Source: Vicugna vicugna (Eukaryota). From it: a stretch of 64,000 nt of DNA. Shown here one piece after another: positions 1 to 13,190 of the stretch. Where the stretch lies: positions 620,001-684,000 of the forward strand of contig MU057865.1 of NCBI GenBank assembly GCA_013265495.1, read 5' to 3'. The position numbers and the translations under genes were made by a program. Position 1 is the first letter of the stretch. Each line of letters starts with the position of its first letter. The notes under the pieces were generated by a model, which did no database searches, was not told where the DNA came from, and was given only the letters and a program-made list of their open reading frames with translations.

Positions 1-784
1 TGATAAGTGATGACAAGTATTATATATATAAAAAAAACTCCCAAATATTTCAACAGAAAAATGCAACCGTTATTTTCCTTGGTTTCACTGCTGATTTCAG
101 GAGCCTCGCCTGTCGACTTTTCATTTCAGGTTTGTTTTTGTTAACTCTTAACATCGTTGTTTCATTTCTGTCTTAGTCTATTTGGCCATCCGCTTTCTGC
201 CTGAGTTCAACCTGTTTGTCAAATGTGATAATGGGCAGAAAGACGCAGCACACAGAGTTAGCCTTCACGTCTTTCAGCATCTGCCCCTGGATGTGACTTT
301 CCTAATATGAATGCAACTGTACATTTGACTCACAAATTCCAAAGTCCTTCAGAGGGGGCAATTGCATCTTCATCATGAGCACGTCGTCTCTTTCTGTGGT
401 TCCAGTAATCTTCACTTTACGGGCTCAGGCTCATTCTCAAGATGCAGCGCTGAGAAAAGCTTGGCCACCTGATTTCTGAGAGGAGACACTCGTCTGCCAT
501 TTTTGACCATTGCTGCTAACCTCCAGCTGCCCCGGGATGAGCCTGGGCCTTGTCTTGGTTGCTTCTGAGGGATGGAGCTTGGTCACTTCGCATCTCTCAG
601 ACCATCCCCTTTTGCATTGCTGTTTCTAGCATCTCTCTCCCTGGCATTGTCACCCGTCACCTTCATCCTCTCTTCTCCAATTTTCACAAGTCAAACTTTC
701 TTTAAGGCGTGGGGGTCGCCCAGGGTGGGAGGACATGCGTGCGGTACCCGAGGCTCCAGGCCCTTCCTGTGTCTGGCAGACACC

Positions 785-915
785 CTCTTTGGCCTTGTGC
801 AGGTCATTCCCGCTCTCTCCACTTCTGCTTTCCCATCTGTTAAAATGTGGATAATAATATTTGCCTCGCTGGGGTGTATTTATGCTTAATTACTGTAATT
901 GCTTGTAAACAATTT
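785..915 (+). mobile_element. MIR SINE fragment
   Basis: TTTCCCATCTGTTAAAATGTGGATAATAATA matches the MIR core (TTCCTCATCTGTAAAATGGGGATAATAATA); boundaries approximate. Confidence 0.7.
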
Positions 916-1390
916 GCTATCCTGGGATAAAACATACGACTGAAAAGCAAAAATTAGAGGAGACAATTTAATATCTCTTTATTTATCTTTAAAATTTATT
1001 ACACGATTGCCTTTTCCCAGGCAGCTTATTTCAACCCTGTGCACAGCAACCTCTCAAGGCAGAGGATAATGTGATAACGTGAAAAAACACCTGGTCCTGG
1101 AAGTCAGGTTTTTTTTTTTTCTCTACTTTCAGTCCTAAATCGCTGTGTGATTTTTAAGCCTCTCTGGGCTTAGGACAGTTATTTCAAAAGGGATAGTAAC
1201 TAACCTGCCCAATTTATCTTACAGAAGGTGTTATCAGGCAACAAGTGACGTGAAGAATGATTTAGGAAATTAAAAGGCCTGTAGAAAGTGCTTTTACTCC
1301 ACCACTTAATAAGTCGCAAGACAAAGGCAGTTACGGAAAAACTGGGTGTTGGGCATACGTGGGGTGTTTCATACAAAAGTATTATATACA

Positions 1391-1736
1391 CAGTTGGCCC
1401 TCCATATCGTGGGCTCCACATTCACAGGTTCCACATTCACACATTCAACCAATTTCAGGTCGAAAATAATTTGAAAAAAAAGTTCCAGAAAGTTCCATAA
1501 CACTTGAACTTGCCCTGCACAGGCAACTATTCCCACGGCATTTACACTGTTCTCACAACTACTCGCATAGAATTTCCATTGTATTAGGTATTATAAGTAA
1601 TTTAGAGATGATTGAAAGTATATGGGAGGATGTGCTTAGGTTATATGCAAATACAACACCATTTTATTTAAGGAACTTGAGCATCGCTGGGTTTCAATAT
1701 CCGCAGAGGAGTCCTGTGAACAGAGAATGACGACTG
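1391..1736 (+). mobile_element. Tigger3a/MER7-like non-autonomous TcMar DNA transposon
   Basis: Ends CAGTTGG... and ...CGACTG (inverted termini); internal ATTGTATTAGGTATTATAAGTAATTTAGAGATGATT...TAGGTTATATGCAAATAC typical of Tigger3-family MITEs. Confidence 0.85.
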
Positions 1737-2311
1737 TGTGTATAAATATTTCCCTAAAAGTTAGCGCAGTGTCCAACACGTGGTAAGTCCTCAACAAAAA
1801 TTAGCCGTTATTACTTCTCGGTCACCCAGAAGGCGTCACATATGCATTGGATCCAGTGGTGCCATTAGCTGTGGATATGATTCCCTTGACTTTACCTCTC
1901 CCACTTGGATAGGACAAATTCTACTCAGAAAAAACAAGACACAGGATGTTAAAAGATGCCTGAAAGCCGTCAGACCTCTGATACCCCCCATTCACCTTGA
2001 GTTTTTCAGGACACCCCACCCTTACAGGTTTGCTCCTCTCAGTATCCTCACAAGAGGAAATTAACCCCAAAAAGTTCATTTCAGTTACTATCAACTTTCA
2101 GACTCCTAACCCCAGGGGGCAGGAATGGTCTGGAATGCATGGAGATCCACATGGGAAGTTCTAGGGAAGGATGAGGGAGAGAAAATCCCAAAGGGGAGGT
2201 GGAAGTAGGCTGAGATTGGGAAGGATATTGTGATGCAAAAGGAATAGAGTGTGGTAGAGAGGAGAGCCCTGCAAAGGAGGTGGGGCATATTCTAACATTA
2301 AAACCTGTGAT

Positions 2312-2453
2312 GATAGATAGACAGACAGACAGACAGACAGATAGATGGATAGACAGACAGACAGATAGATGCATAGATAGATTAATAGACAGAGAGATAG
2401 ATGATAGATAGATAGACAGACAGATGCATAGATTAACAGACAGAGAGCTAGAT

Positions 2454-2492
<39 letters not shown>
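2312..2492. repeat. compound (GATA)n/(GACA)n microsatellite
   Basis: Directly visible GATA/GACA tetranucleotide array of about 180 bp. Confidence 0.97.
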
Positions 2493-4286
2493 TTTTTCAC
2501 TGTATACTGTTCTTGCTAGAGTCAGTGGGGTTTAACTCAATTTATAAAATCACTTTAAGATCATGTCTGAGAAGTGGGCAGATGGTAGTTCGGGGAACAA
2601 ATCCATCCATACACATTAAAAGCTTGCTCTGTGTAGGAACCCCTTAAGTCAGGGACTGCATATTGGTAAGTACAGACATAATACAGAAGCTAAAATTTTC
2701 TTTCTCAGCTCTCAAAGGGGAGGAATTAGACCCCACTGGATCCAGAAATCCTACTTCTGTTCCAGTGAAGTTGCCTCCATTTAGGCCCAGAATTGGAAGA
2801 ATGCATTGACATAATGCTGTTGGCTGCTAGAGGTGGCTTCTTCATGGAAGTGAGTTTGTGGTTAGGAGGACAAAGAACTTGGAAGGTGACCCTAAAAAGG
2901 CTCAGACTCTGTGTCCAGGAGGGGAATGCAAGGTCTCACGGAGCAGAAGAGGACTGTAGCATACCTGGGGCTGTGTGTGAGGTCTGCACATGCAAGAGGT
3001 GTTCCAAAATCTCTGCCTCATGGACAGGAGGAGGCACGGAGACAGTGTGAGCACAGCCAGAGGAGCTGTGTGGAAGCCAAGAGGGGTGAGTGGAGGGAAT
3101 ATGCGTGGAGTTCATCTCCTGTCCCTATTGTGTTTTTATTGTGTGACTGAAATCTCCTGGAGAGGCCCAGACAAAGCCCTGTATTGATTCTTCACTCCCC
3201 TTCAAGATTCTGCATGCTCTTCCCCAAGACCATTACCTAAAACACCATCTGCAATTAATCTTCAAGGCAGCGTGGGATCAGCCAAGGGCTACAAGACTGG
3301 GGTTTCAAACAGCCCCAAATGCTGAGGTCTGGGGCATAGGGCAGGGGAGACTTGGTAGAGAGTTGGCTGAATGGTCCAGCCTCGTTGGGCCAAGGGGATT
3401 ATCAAGCGTGATGCGTTGGGACTGGAACACACGAGGACGGAGGATATGAGTGAATGTGTTTCTCCGTAATGTATCTGTCCGTGGAGGCGGGGGAAGGAGG
3501 AGGGGCCTGGAAGGTGTAAGCGGCCAGATGCTGGCGCGCAGTAAGGCATTCCTGGCTGTTAGTTCCAGTAGGTCATTACTGCATTAATTTGGTGTTTAAT
3601 TAAATGCCTGTGCAACAGACCATTTATTTGTTATCTAATATTAGCTTTAGTTCTTATCAATTAAATGCTAGCTGAGGGCTTGATTCACTTACATTCTACG
3701 TCCCCTTACACTCTTTTTAGAAACAACAGCCCGAACCCAACAAGGTCTCACTGTGCCTGCAAGGATTTATACATGCAGATTTCAGTGGGTGGTGATGGGG
3801 GTGCAGTATGCTGGTGTCTTAGGTGAGGGGAAGGGAAACAAACAGAAGATGTCGTTTCATTCTGAGAAAGCAATTACCCAAACACATGGGCTGTGGTCTT
3901 CCTGCCCCCCAGCCCCATCTTCTGTGCAAGTGGAGATAGTAAGGGGGAGGGGGAGGCTCCAAGGGACATACATTCTCCACCCTGTGTCGACATGTTTCTT
4001 CCCCCGTTCCCATTCTGCCTTCTTCTCTGCTGAAGGCAAAGGATGCTGGGTTCCCCCCACCTCGGGCTCACCTCTCATTCCTTTGTGTGCACCGGAGCTT
4101 TTAGGGGTACTTGTAGCACTGCCAGGAAATGCACGAACGCTAGGGGTTTGCGTACTTACTGCCAAGTCAATCAAGGCGCGCTTCAACTGAAATATTCTTT
4201 TGGACAAAAGGAGAGCGAAAAGGCCAAAAAAGGTGAGTGAGAGAAATCCCGCAAGACGGTGGAAATGTTGGGAATGTGACCCAAGC

Positions 4287-4798
4287 CAGTGTTCGGTCCC
4301 ATTCTGTTATTTACACATCACCATCAGTATTTCTCTCATGCTGACTGCCGCACACCACCCATCTATCATTTATTTAAAATTTCCTTCAAACCTATGCATT
4401 TTTTTTAAAATTAAAAGCTTGATTTTAAAAGAAAACTTGACTACACTACCTCAAATACATGACTGATGTTACTTTCCATAAGAGGGCAATAAGGATGAAA
4501 ATAACTATAATATAATTAAATAGCATTATTAATTTATGGGAACACAATATTGCCTGTCAAAAAGCTCTGAGTTTCAAGTCTGTACTTTCTTGCTAAAAAA
4601 AAAAAAGGGAGAAAAGAAAGTGTTTGAGATGTGTTAAAAATGTGCAGTTTCAGACTGAGAATTTACCCTTGGCATCATGGAAGGATGAAAAGAGAATTGA
4701 AAAGGGAATAACTTTCTTACTGTGTGATTTAATTTCGTTTGCCAAACTCGTGCACCACCTAAAATCGTCTGTAGCATTTCACAGTTGAGGAAATGCTG
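4287..4798. mobile_element. degenerate hAT-Charlie-type DNA transposon
   Basis: Begins CAGTGTT..., ends ...GAGGAAATGCTG (hAT-like termini), AT-rich interior; subfamily not assigned. Confidence 0.45.
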
Positions 4799-6446
4799 CT
4801 CAGTCACAAGAGTTCAGTTCTGAACTTTTCAGAAGTTCTAGGGAAAACTCAAGAATGATTTGGCATGGAGCAATCAGAGGGGATACAGAGGAGAATTTCG
4901 AGAGCAGTAGTCTTTTCTGTTTCTGGGAGCTTGTCAGGCAGTGAGGCTGCAGAGTGAAGTTCCTCCTGTTTACAGTCATTCCCATGACAGCCACGGCTGC
5001 CGCCCATCCACAGTCTTCCTCCCCCAGGCCCTCTTGCCCCATCTCAGGGGCTCAGCATCATCCATGTAGTTGCTCCTTTGTCATCAATCGACAGCCTTCG
5101 GTGCCTGGCAAAATGCCCCATTTATATGCCATTCCTTTCAGTGTTCTTTGTGTGAGAAGTTGTCAAGTATCTTTAAGATCAGTGGGACATCAAACCACAA
5201 CGAGTTGTAAATTTTACCATTTGCAACTGGATGAGGGCATGTGTGATAACAGAGCCGGTGCATTCTGAAGAAGGAACACGTTAGGGCATAAAGGAGCAGT
5301 CTGGAGAGCGTCGGCGTTGGATGCATCTCAGGCAGCTCCCCGTAGGGCTCTGGGCCTGTCTTGTCCGTCTGCACCTGCAGGACAGCTTCCTGAGGCTCCG
5401 TGTGCATGGACCCCTAATGGTATTCTGTCAGGTCTTTGCTATTTCTCTCCCGGGGTCCAACCTACTCTGTGGCACGTCGTCATCAAGGTACAACTGAAAT
5501 GCGAGTTACCTTCTAATCAGCCGTTCTGGGCCATGGCCTCTAATTTTCAAATCACAGGACAAAGCTCGAGTTCAGAAGTCCAGGACGAGCAGAAGGAGGC
5601 AGGGCCAGAAACCAGGTCCCCACTTCCCATTTAGGTTAAATACATGCTAGTGAGAATGACTCTTCTGTAGGTTCAGGGAGTAAACTAGATACCACAGGAA
5701 CACGGCAACAGGTTCTAATCCAGGCGTGACATCCCCTTTGGAGAGATTAAGATCTCCCAGCAGACAGGAAGAATGCAACTTCAGAGACGGACAAGCCGAT
5801 GACATAAAATTTGGGTGGACTAACTGGTTGGCGAGCAGCCAGCATCGGGAGGGCATTTCTTAGCCCTTGGGCTGGGGTTTCACAGGGCCACTGCTGGGAG
5901 CAAAAGAGACTCTCCAGAAGCCATGGTCCTAAAGGAGTCAGAGGAATGGACATGATCATGATCTGGTCAAGACTGGAGTCCATGGGTCAGACCCAGGCAT
6001 TAGACTTGAGAGCAAAAGCCAAGCAGGATTGGAATTATCACTAGACCCGGGAGCAGGATGTGTCTATGGGGAAGGACAGTAAAGAGAGGAGAGTGTCAAG
6101 GCTGAGAAGAGGCATGACCCTTGGACCAATCCTCCCACCCAGTCCTGTGTGAACACGGGTCTGTTATCACGGTCTTGGGAGGCTGCAAGAACACGTGTTT
6201 AGCAGAACCAGGACTGGGAGGGAGGGGGAACGGCATCCATAAGGATGTGGTTGGTTACTTAGGGTCCAGGCAGGAGGAGTAAACTCTAAGGAAAGTCAGC
6301 AAGGAAGACAGCTAAGCCAGTGCACCGCCATCCCCTCCTTTCCCACAATGCGTGGCTCCAGTAACAGTGATGCCCTTTGTCTCTCGTTATGAAATCCTTT
6401 CTCCTGTTCTTTTCCTTTCTCCCTTGCAAGGGTCATATGGTAGCTA

Positions 6447-6585
6447 TTTTTTTTAATTGAAGTATAGTCAGTTTACAATGTTGTGCCAATTTCCCATGTG
6501 CAGCATTATGCTTCAGTCATGCATAAATACACATTTATTTGTTTCTATTTTCTTTTTCATTATAGGTTACTGCAAGATATTGAAT
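6447..6585 (-). mobile_element. 5'-truncated L1 3' end (camelid/artiodactyl type) with probable TSD
   Basis: T-tract then AATTGAAGTATAGTCAGTTTACAATGTTGTG...; flanked by TCATATGGTAGCTA (6433-6446) and TCCTATGTAGCTA (6586-6598). Confidence 0.85.
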
Positions 6586-9124
6586 TCCTATGTAGCTAAA
6601 TTGCAGCCATCCCTGTCCTCTCCTTGCTGCTTCACAGTGAACATCCACCTTTCCTCACCGCATCTTTGGCATGAGTTCTCCCCACTGACTCACTGACTCC
6701 ATTGCTTATCCGGAGTTACACCCCACAGCCTGGCCACTTCGAGTGGCAGGGGCTACAGAAAGCATGCTCTCCACATGGGAGCAAACAGGCATCATTGTGC
6801 CAATGTGTGGTCTTACAGGCTGCTCTGAAGATCCAGAAAAATGCAGGTGGGAAAGCACACCATAGAATTAAAAGGGCTTTATGACTCCAAGGGTGTTCCT
6901 CCTTTGGGATTATTTAGTTAATTGTCAAGTGTCTGCTTTGCTCTGCATGTGTGGACCTCACAGTGGACCTGGTTTGCTCTGGCCCCGGGCTGGTGATGGT
7001 GGTTGCAGGAGGGAGAGGGGTGTAGTTTCTCAGCTGCTCTGGAAGGAGGCTGTCCCCTCCTGGAACTAGCTGACAGGACCTCAACTCCATGGTGGTAGCA
7101 GGTGGTGCTCTGATAACGTCGGCTCCAGCTGAAGTACAGAAAAACCGAGCAGCTGAAGGCTGAAATCTGAGAGATAACAGGAAATGAAAAATGAGGCGAA
7201 GTTATATCTTCTGTTCCCTCATAAAGGCTCCTGTGACAAATGGAATCACAGGCATCACACAAACTGCCTTGCTCAGCCACTGAAGGCCCCAGCTATCTTG
7301 ACGGCACATATCCGTTCTCTGGTGATCTGTGGGAAAATACTAAACAAATGGTGAATGGGGGGAGCGCGGCGCGGAGAGGGCAGAGAGAGAGAGAGAAAGA
7401 GAGATTTGCAGTTAATCAACAAAAAATGGCCATCTATACCTCTGTGGTGACATTTAAATATTTAACCAACATTTGTGGTCTTGTTAAAATAGTGCTACTA
7501 ATGCAAGCAGTATTTGCCACGCTGGTTTTTTAAAACAAAATGCAGAAGTGTGAATTCAACCATGAGGGGCCATACAAACACACTTACGTTTCATGATATC
7601 CATGGTCAAGGCCAGCACTTAAGAGGCTGACTTTTAGCCTTCTGAATAGTGGCATGAACTCAGCATCATTCATACATTTTATAGTGAATACTGGGGTTTG
7701 AAATTCATCTTTTGCATCCACGTGATACAGATACGAATGCCGAGATACGCAGCCAGGAAAAAACAAAACGAAACAAAACAATCTCTTTGGCTTTCAGTTA
7801 ATTTAAGAGTAAATCATGATGCAATTTTCTGCCTGACAGATGCTAGATGTTCAATAAATATTTGTTAAATAAAGGAACGAATGTAATCCTAGAAGGACGT
7901 GGTACCGAAGTAAATGCCCCTTGCCAGGTTTGTATCCAGAAAAATTATGCCAAAATGAATATATAGAAGTTTGAAAGAGATGGTTTACAGGATGCTGCCA
8001 TGTGTAAGCAGGGCTGTTCTGGAGGGAGGTAGAGGGGAGGTGGAGAAAGCCCTTCCACGTCTTTGCCAGGGGAGCAAGGAGGGTTCGCATCGGATGTCTT
8101 CAAGCATCATTTAGTAAACGGCTTACCCAGCTGGATGCGCACCTGAATCACCACACAGGAATCTGGGTTATGGAATACTTCCAAAATAGCCTATGTGATG
8201 CATTGATCTGCTATATTGTGTAGGCGGAACATACCTGGGTCTCTCCAGGGGTAACGTCACCTGAGCTCTGTGATGGGATGAAAACACATAGCTATTCCAA
8301 TGTACTGTCTCCACGATTGTCTGCATTGGGGGCTTATGAGCAGCAAAACCATTGGAAGGGCTGGAAAAACAGATTGCAAGAATTTGGGACATAAAATCTT
8401 CAGGTTGAATCAAATTCTGACAACTTTGGAAAGATGTAACAAACTTTGAAGAGTCTCCTCTCCAGTCTAGTTCGTCTCTGATTTGTCTGCAGCCGTTAGA
8501 AAGAAAACCAAAACACTTATTACCTTATTTTATGTTTTTAACTTCCAAGTGTCCTTTTTTGCTCTTTGAAAGTAGGTACACAATGTATTTTAAAGATGCT
8601 CGTTCAGTACTTTGCCTTAGATAAGATCAAACCTCCACTTCATTTTTCAGGAAAAGAAAAAGTGGTTACTCCAGGAAACAAATATTAGGATAATATTTCC
8701 CATGGCTTAATTGGACCACTGTAAGTTTCTCAAAGACAAACACTTGAAAAGGCATTTGAGGCTATGTCCAGTTACATAAGCAAATATGAGAATGTATTTG
8801 GCTGAATGATTCAGGCACTATCCCGTACTTAATAGCGCAAAATGTATCCTTGCGGGCCATTGGAAGCCGTGCCCTTCTATCTTATAGAAGAAACTGAGCA
8901 AGTCTTCAGCGTGTCCCCAAAGAACCAAAGTCTTGCGGGTGCCTGAAAGACGGGAGCCTTTTGGGGTTCTGATCAGTACCCAAATCTTTGCTTATTGGAG
9001 AGTAAGCTAGAACCTTTAGGCAGTAATGGTTTTCGAGCAAACGATTGGACATCATGTCTAGAAATCTCTGTTTGATTCTGACTCGGGTTTTTCTCTTGAA
9101 CACTGTCCACAAAAGGTAGATTAT

Positions 9125-9268
9125 CACCAGGGTATGGTTATCATGCGCAAATCTGATGCCAGATAACTATGAAATTAGGATCTTTGGGTGTCAGGTCCAA
9201 CCATCAAGACTTTAAACAAGTTCCCCAGATGAACGTTAAGTGCAATGTAGTATGAGAACCACTTCTCT
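9125..9268. mobile_element. MER5-like hAT MITE
   Basis: TTTAAACAAGTTCCCCAGATGA...TGAGAACCACT terminus typical of MER5. Confidence 0.6.
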
Positions 9269-9399
9269 AATAGCTTCAGAAAGTTAATCTGGGTTTTGTA
9301 GGGTGGGCAATTATTTCCAGCAATGTGGACAGCTGAGGGAAAGTAGTGTAGTGCCTCACTGAAAGCCAGTCCTTTGTAAGGCAGAAGGACTTCCCCTTC

Positions 9400-9570
9400 T
9401 AGTGGGCTGAACGGTGACCTCCAAAAAGATGTGTCCTGTTCTAATGTCCAGAATCTGTGGACAGTACCACATATGACCAAAGATGTAATTAAGTTAAGGA
9501 TCTTGAGATGACAATATTCCTTGGATTATCCGGATGGGCCCTAAATGCCATCACAGGTGTCCTTAGAGAG
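9400..9570 (+). mobile_element. MaLR LTR (MLT1 family) 5' part
   Basis: GATGTAATTAAGTTAAGGATCTTGAGATG...GGATTATCCGGATGGGCCCTAAATGCCATCACAGGTGTCCTTA is characteristic of MLT1. Confidence 0.85.
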
Positions 9571-9599
9571 TGAAGAACAATAAAACAGATTTGGAAATG

Positions 9600-10440
9600 G
9601 AACAAACTGGTGATTCCTGATTTTCTCTATAGAGTATAGAATCCAATTATCAGCTGAAAGCAGTGAGGGGAGGAGAAAGAAAATGAAGTATGAAGTAGTC
9701 TTTGATGAGAATGAAAAAGTGAGCCTTGCAGGGAAATTCAGTGAGATTGTCAGGTGAGGCTGGATGTCTGTTTGACACTGGATATCGTGAACTCATAATG
9801 ATGTGTCCTCCAGGTTACGAGAGCCCATAATCCATGAGAGTAACTCATGATGAAGAGGAGATCAGGAAGATGACGGGGTTCTTCCAGGGTTGGAGTACTG
9901 ACAGGAAAGTGTGAAGGAGAGGAAAAAAGGAGTCATGGAGCTGAGGATGTTTGCAAGGAGGTAAGCAGGATGAGGAACCATGGAATCTGTAAAAGTTTAG
10001 GAGCAAAGTAGAGACAGGTGAGGGTGATGGTTAGAAGGAACAGCAAGACAGCTGAAGAAAGCAGACTGATTGTTGTTGAGGAACACTGGCAAATGAGCCA
10101 GTTGGACAGGAGGCTGGAGCTAGAGGGTGGGACATTCCAGTTCGTGATTTTGAAGGCTGTTGCAACTTTTGCTAATGGCCAGGTCCATGGACAGACCATG
10201 AGAGTGTGTGGAGTAAAGGGGAAGGGCACAGGAGATCAAGGATCTGAGAGCCAGAGTTGGATGGTCTTACACGAGGACATTGCCGCTGTAGAGAATACTG
10301 CAGGACTTGGGACAGAGAGGAAGACCATTGCCCAGTACTAAGGTCACTCTTTAATGAGGGGCAATGACCAGGAAAGGGTAGGTGACAATAATGCGAAAGT
10401 AAAAGGACTGTGCACCTGGGTGTTGTAACCCATCCTGACA
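9600..10440 (-). mobile_element. old L2 LINE fragment
   Basis: Purine-rich degenerate sequence resembling L2 ORF2 in antisense; low identity, boundaries approximate. Confidence 0.45.
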
Positions 10441-11039
10441 ATGAGGAGCAGTCATTAACCAGAGTAGAATTCACTCCTCAGACGTCTCCCCTCCTGACTC
10501 TGAGGATTGGGTGTAACCTAAGGAGGTTAATGTGTTAATGTCCTTAGTTTCCAGAAGCATTAGAAGCGGTCTTGGTAGAGCGGTCCTGAAGAGTTTACAC
10601 AGCGTGATAGAAAAAAGGCACATTGGCTTCAGGTGCTGTTTGATCTAGTCAGGCAGAGAAGCAGTGGGCTCGGCCCTGGAGGTGGGGGTGGGAGTATGTT
10701 TGATAAATCTCCTTGGATCAGAGGGGTAGGCTGAGTGGCACATGCAATTTTAGAAACCCTCTGATCCATGCATTTCCTACTGGCACTCTTTTCATCAGAC
10801 TCAGGACAGAGCATCTGGATGTAACGAGGGCTGGGGAGAGCCTGGCTAAGATGCTGCTTCTGGCTGTTTGGTTTTGGAGCAGACTTTGGTGAAAATTTTG
10901 GTGGGATTATCCAGAGCCCTTGAGATGAGATGGTTAAGGAGACTGGCTTCAGATTGGAAAGTCTGTGGCTTGTCTCTGCTGCTCTGCATGGTATTCTCGA
11001 TTACTCCCCTTCTCCTCAAGTTCAAGGGCATTGCAACCT

Positions 11040-11255
11040 GAGTGAGCCAGAAGCCAGGCTACCTGGTTCTAATCCCGTCCTGCTGCTTCCTAGTTGTGCA
11101 AGCTGTGGGAAGTTGCTCCCCATATAAGAAGCTTCAGTAAAAGGGGATAATATTATCTACTTCCTAGAAGATTCATGAGACTTAAATTACCATACGTGAA
11201 AAACTTATAACAGTGCATGGCGTGGAGTGAGTACCATGTAAATATTTATTGTGAC
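11040..11255 (+). mobile_element. MIR SINE
   Basis: CCTGGTTCTAATCCC B-box-like motif, AAAAGGGGATAATA core and ACAGTGCATGGCGTGGAGTGAG tail. Confidence 0.75.
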
Positions 11256-11317
11256 CATTGTTTTCTCAGATTCACTCTGGGACTGAAGCAGACACTATTC
11301 TCTGGATGCAATTACAT

Positions 11318-11885
11318 AAGTGGTTTCCTAACTAAATTTCTTAAAAGCTGAAGAAAGTCTCTAAATGTTTAATTAAAATATATATTAAATCTATCTTAAC
11401 TGCTTTTTAAAACTTGCAATAAAATAAATGTAAACTCACATGCCCAAATATATTGCACTTTATGTATTAGTGCATTTATTATTTTTAGCTGCCAGATTAA
11501 CTTATTTTCGTGTAGATCTTGAAATAAATTCTTTCCATCATCTCTTTTTAATTAAAAATCGTGTCTTGGGGTTACAAGGTAAATTATTAAAACCCATTAT
11601 ATTTTATCTATATGAAACAGGGTTTCTTTGATTCAATGCATTTGAAACAAATACAAAAAAATTAGGTGAGGCTAATGTAAGACTGCAATCATATTTCATA
11701 TTTTTGTGGCATTAGAGTAGTTTTCATTAACTGACTCTTAAGAAAATGTTACACATTTATAATTATAAAACAAAATAACACTAATACACTACTTTATTCA
11801 TTTTCAGTTTTCAGTTTCAATAAAAGACTGTATTTGAGCAAAAAGTTCCACTGCTAAAACAAGCAAAAAGGGTTTGAAGCCATTA
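11318..11885. mobile_element. degenerate hAT-Charlie-type DNA transposon
   Basis: Starts AGTGGTTTCCTAAC, ends GTTCCACTGCTAAAA...GTTTGAAGCCATT; very AT-rich body. Confidence 0.5.
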
Positions 11886-12284
11886 AGCCATTGTTACAGT
11901 CACCATCTTAGGGGACTGAAAGTATTGATATAAATGCTGGATTTATGCTTAAAATGCAAGCTTCTAGCAAAATTCAGCTGCAAGGGATTGCTGTGAGGTG
12001 TCTGATTTATTTTCTTGTTCTGGGATTTGGTTTTCAAATTTGCATCTTTGTAGCAGGTAGAAGGAACTTTCCGGATGAGAAGAATAAACATGGCTTGATA
12101 TTAGTCTACCTACCCAGGAGATTAAACAGTACGGCTTCCATTTACCAGGACAACTTGGAATGAGCATGAACAGCCTGAAGCCCTTGAGCAAAAAGCTTGC
12201 ATTCTGGGTGTTCTTCCTATGATTGTGTTGGCTTTTCTAAGGGCGTACCAGGAACTCCCAAGCGCAGTGGCTGAGAGGATTCTT

Positions 12285-12710
12285 TCTGCCGCTCACTAAC
12301 CCTGTGACTTTAGCAACTCTTTTAGGTCTTTGAGCCTTCATCTTTTCAAATCTGCAGAAGGAGGACAATTAATAGGAGCTAAGGTATCATGTTGTTTACT
12401 GCATCAAATGAAATACTCTGTATAAATGATTTAGCCCAGGGCACGGTACCTAAGTGCCCGATCCGTGTTGGGTAGGATTATTACCATGTGCGTGACTTAG
12501 GGGCTTAGAGCACTTGTTTGTGTCTGAATTTGAATCCTGCTCCAGCCACTTAGTATCTGAAAGATCTGGGAAAGGCACCTGTCCTCTCCAAGCCTCAGTA
12601 CCTATATTATAAGGTTATTGTCAACATAAAGTGAATTAATGCATATATGAAATCCAGCATCGCATTTGGCCCCTAATAACCACTCAGCAAGGGCTGGTTA
12701 CCATCATCAC
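12285..12710 (+). mobile_element. two adjacent MIR SINE copies
   Basis: CTGTGACTTTAGCAA...AAATCTGCAGAAGGAGG and TTGAATCCTGCTCCAGCCACTTAG...AAGCCTCAGT. Confidence 0.7.
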
Positions 12711-13037
12711 CTTCATCATCAAAGTCCTCTGTCATCAAGGACCATCATCTGGTCCTCGCTCCTCATGATGTATCTGTTGCCGATTCCTTTGATCTTTGTT
12801 TTCTCGTCTGTTAAATGGCGACAATGACTAGGATCTACCTCAATGATTAGGCTTTTATATATTTTTTTTTCTGTTCAACTGCCATAATAACTATAACCAG
12901 ACATTAAACAATTTTTTAAAATAACACCAATATACTGTACTGCTCCCACTTAATAACACTTATGCCTTTTAAATACAGGAATGCCTTTCCGCCATTTCAC
13001 TTGATCATTTACATAAACTATGATATAGATTTCAGTC

Positions 13038-13190
13038 TTTCATTACAGAAAATTTCAAACATATACAAAAGTAGTGAGAATAGGATAATGGACCCCATGT
13101 ATCCATCATTCAGTTCCAACAATTGTTAACACATGGCTGATCTGTTTCATCTTCACACACACCCATCCCTTACTTTTGGATTATTTTGGA
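13038..13190 (-). mobile_element. old L1 (L1MC-like) 3' UTR fragment
   Basis: GAAAATTTCAAACATATACAAAAGTAG...ATAATGGACCCCATGTATCCATCA resembles L1MC 3' ends in antisense. Confidence 0.75.

Noticed and set aside
2081..2500. 139-aa ORF with SIYL repeats
   Set aside because: Artefact of translating the (GATA)n microsatellite.
7584..7781. Possible minus-strand coding exon ending at a GTAAGT donor
   Set aside because: The upstream pyrimidine tract ends in CCTGG rather than AG, and the peptide is unrecognised.
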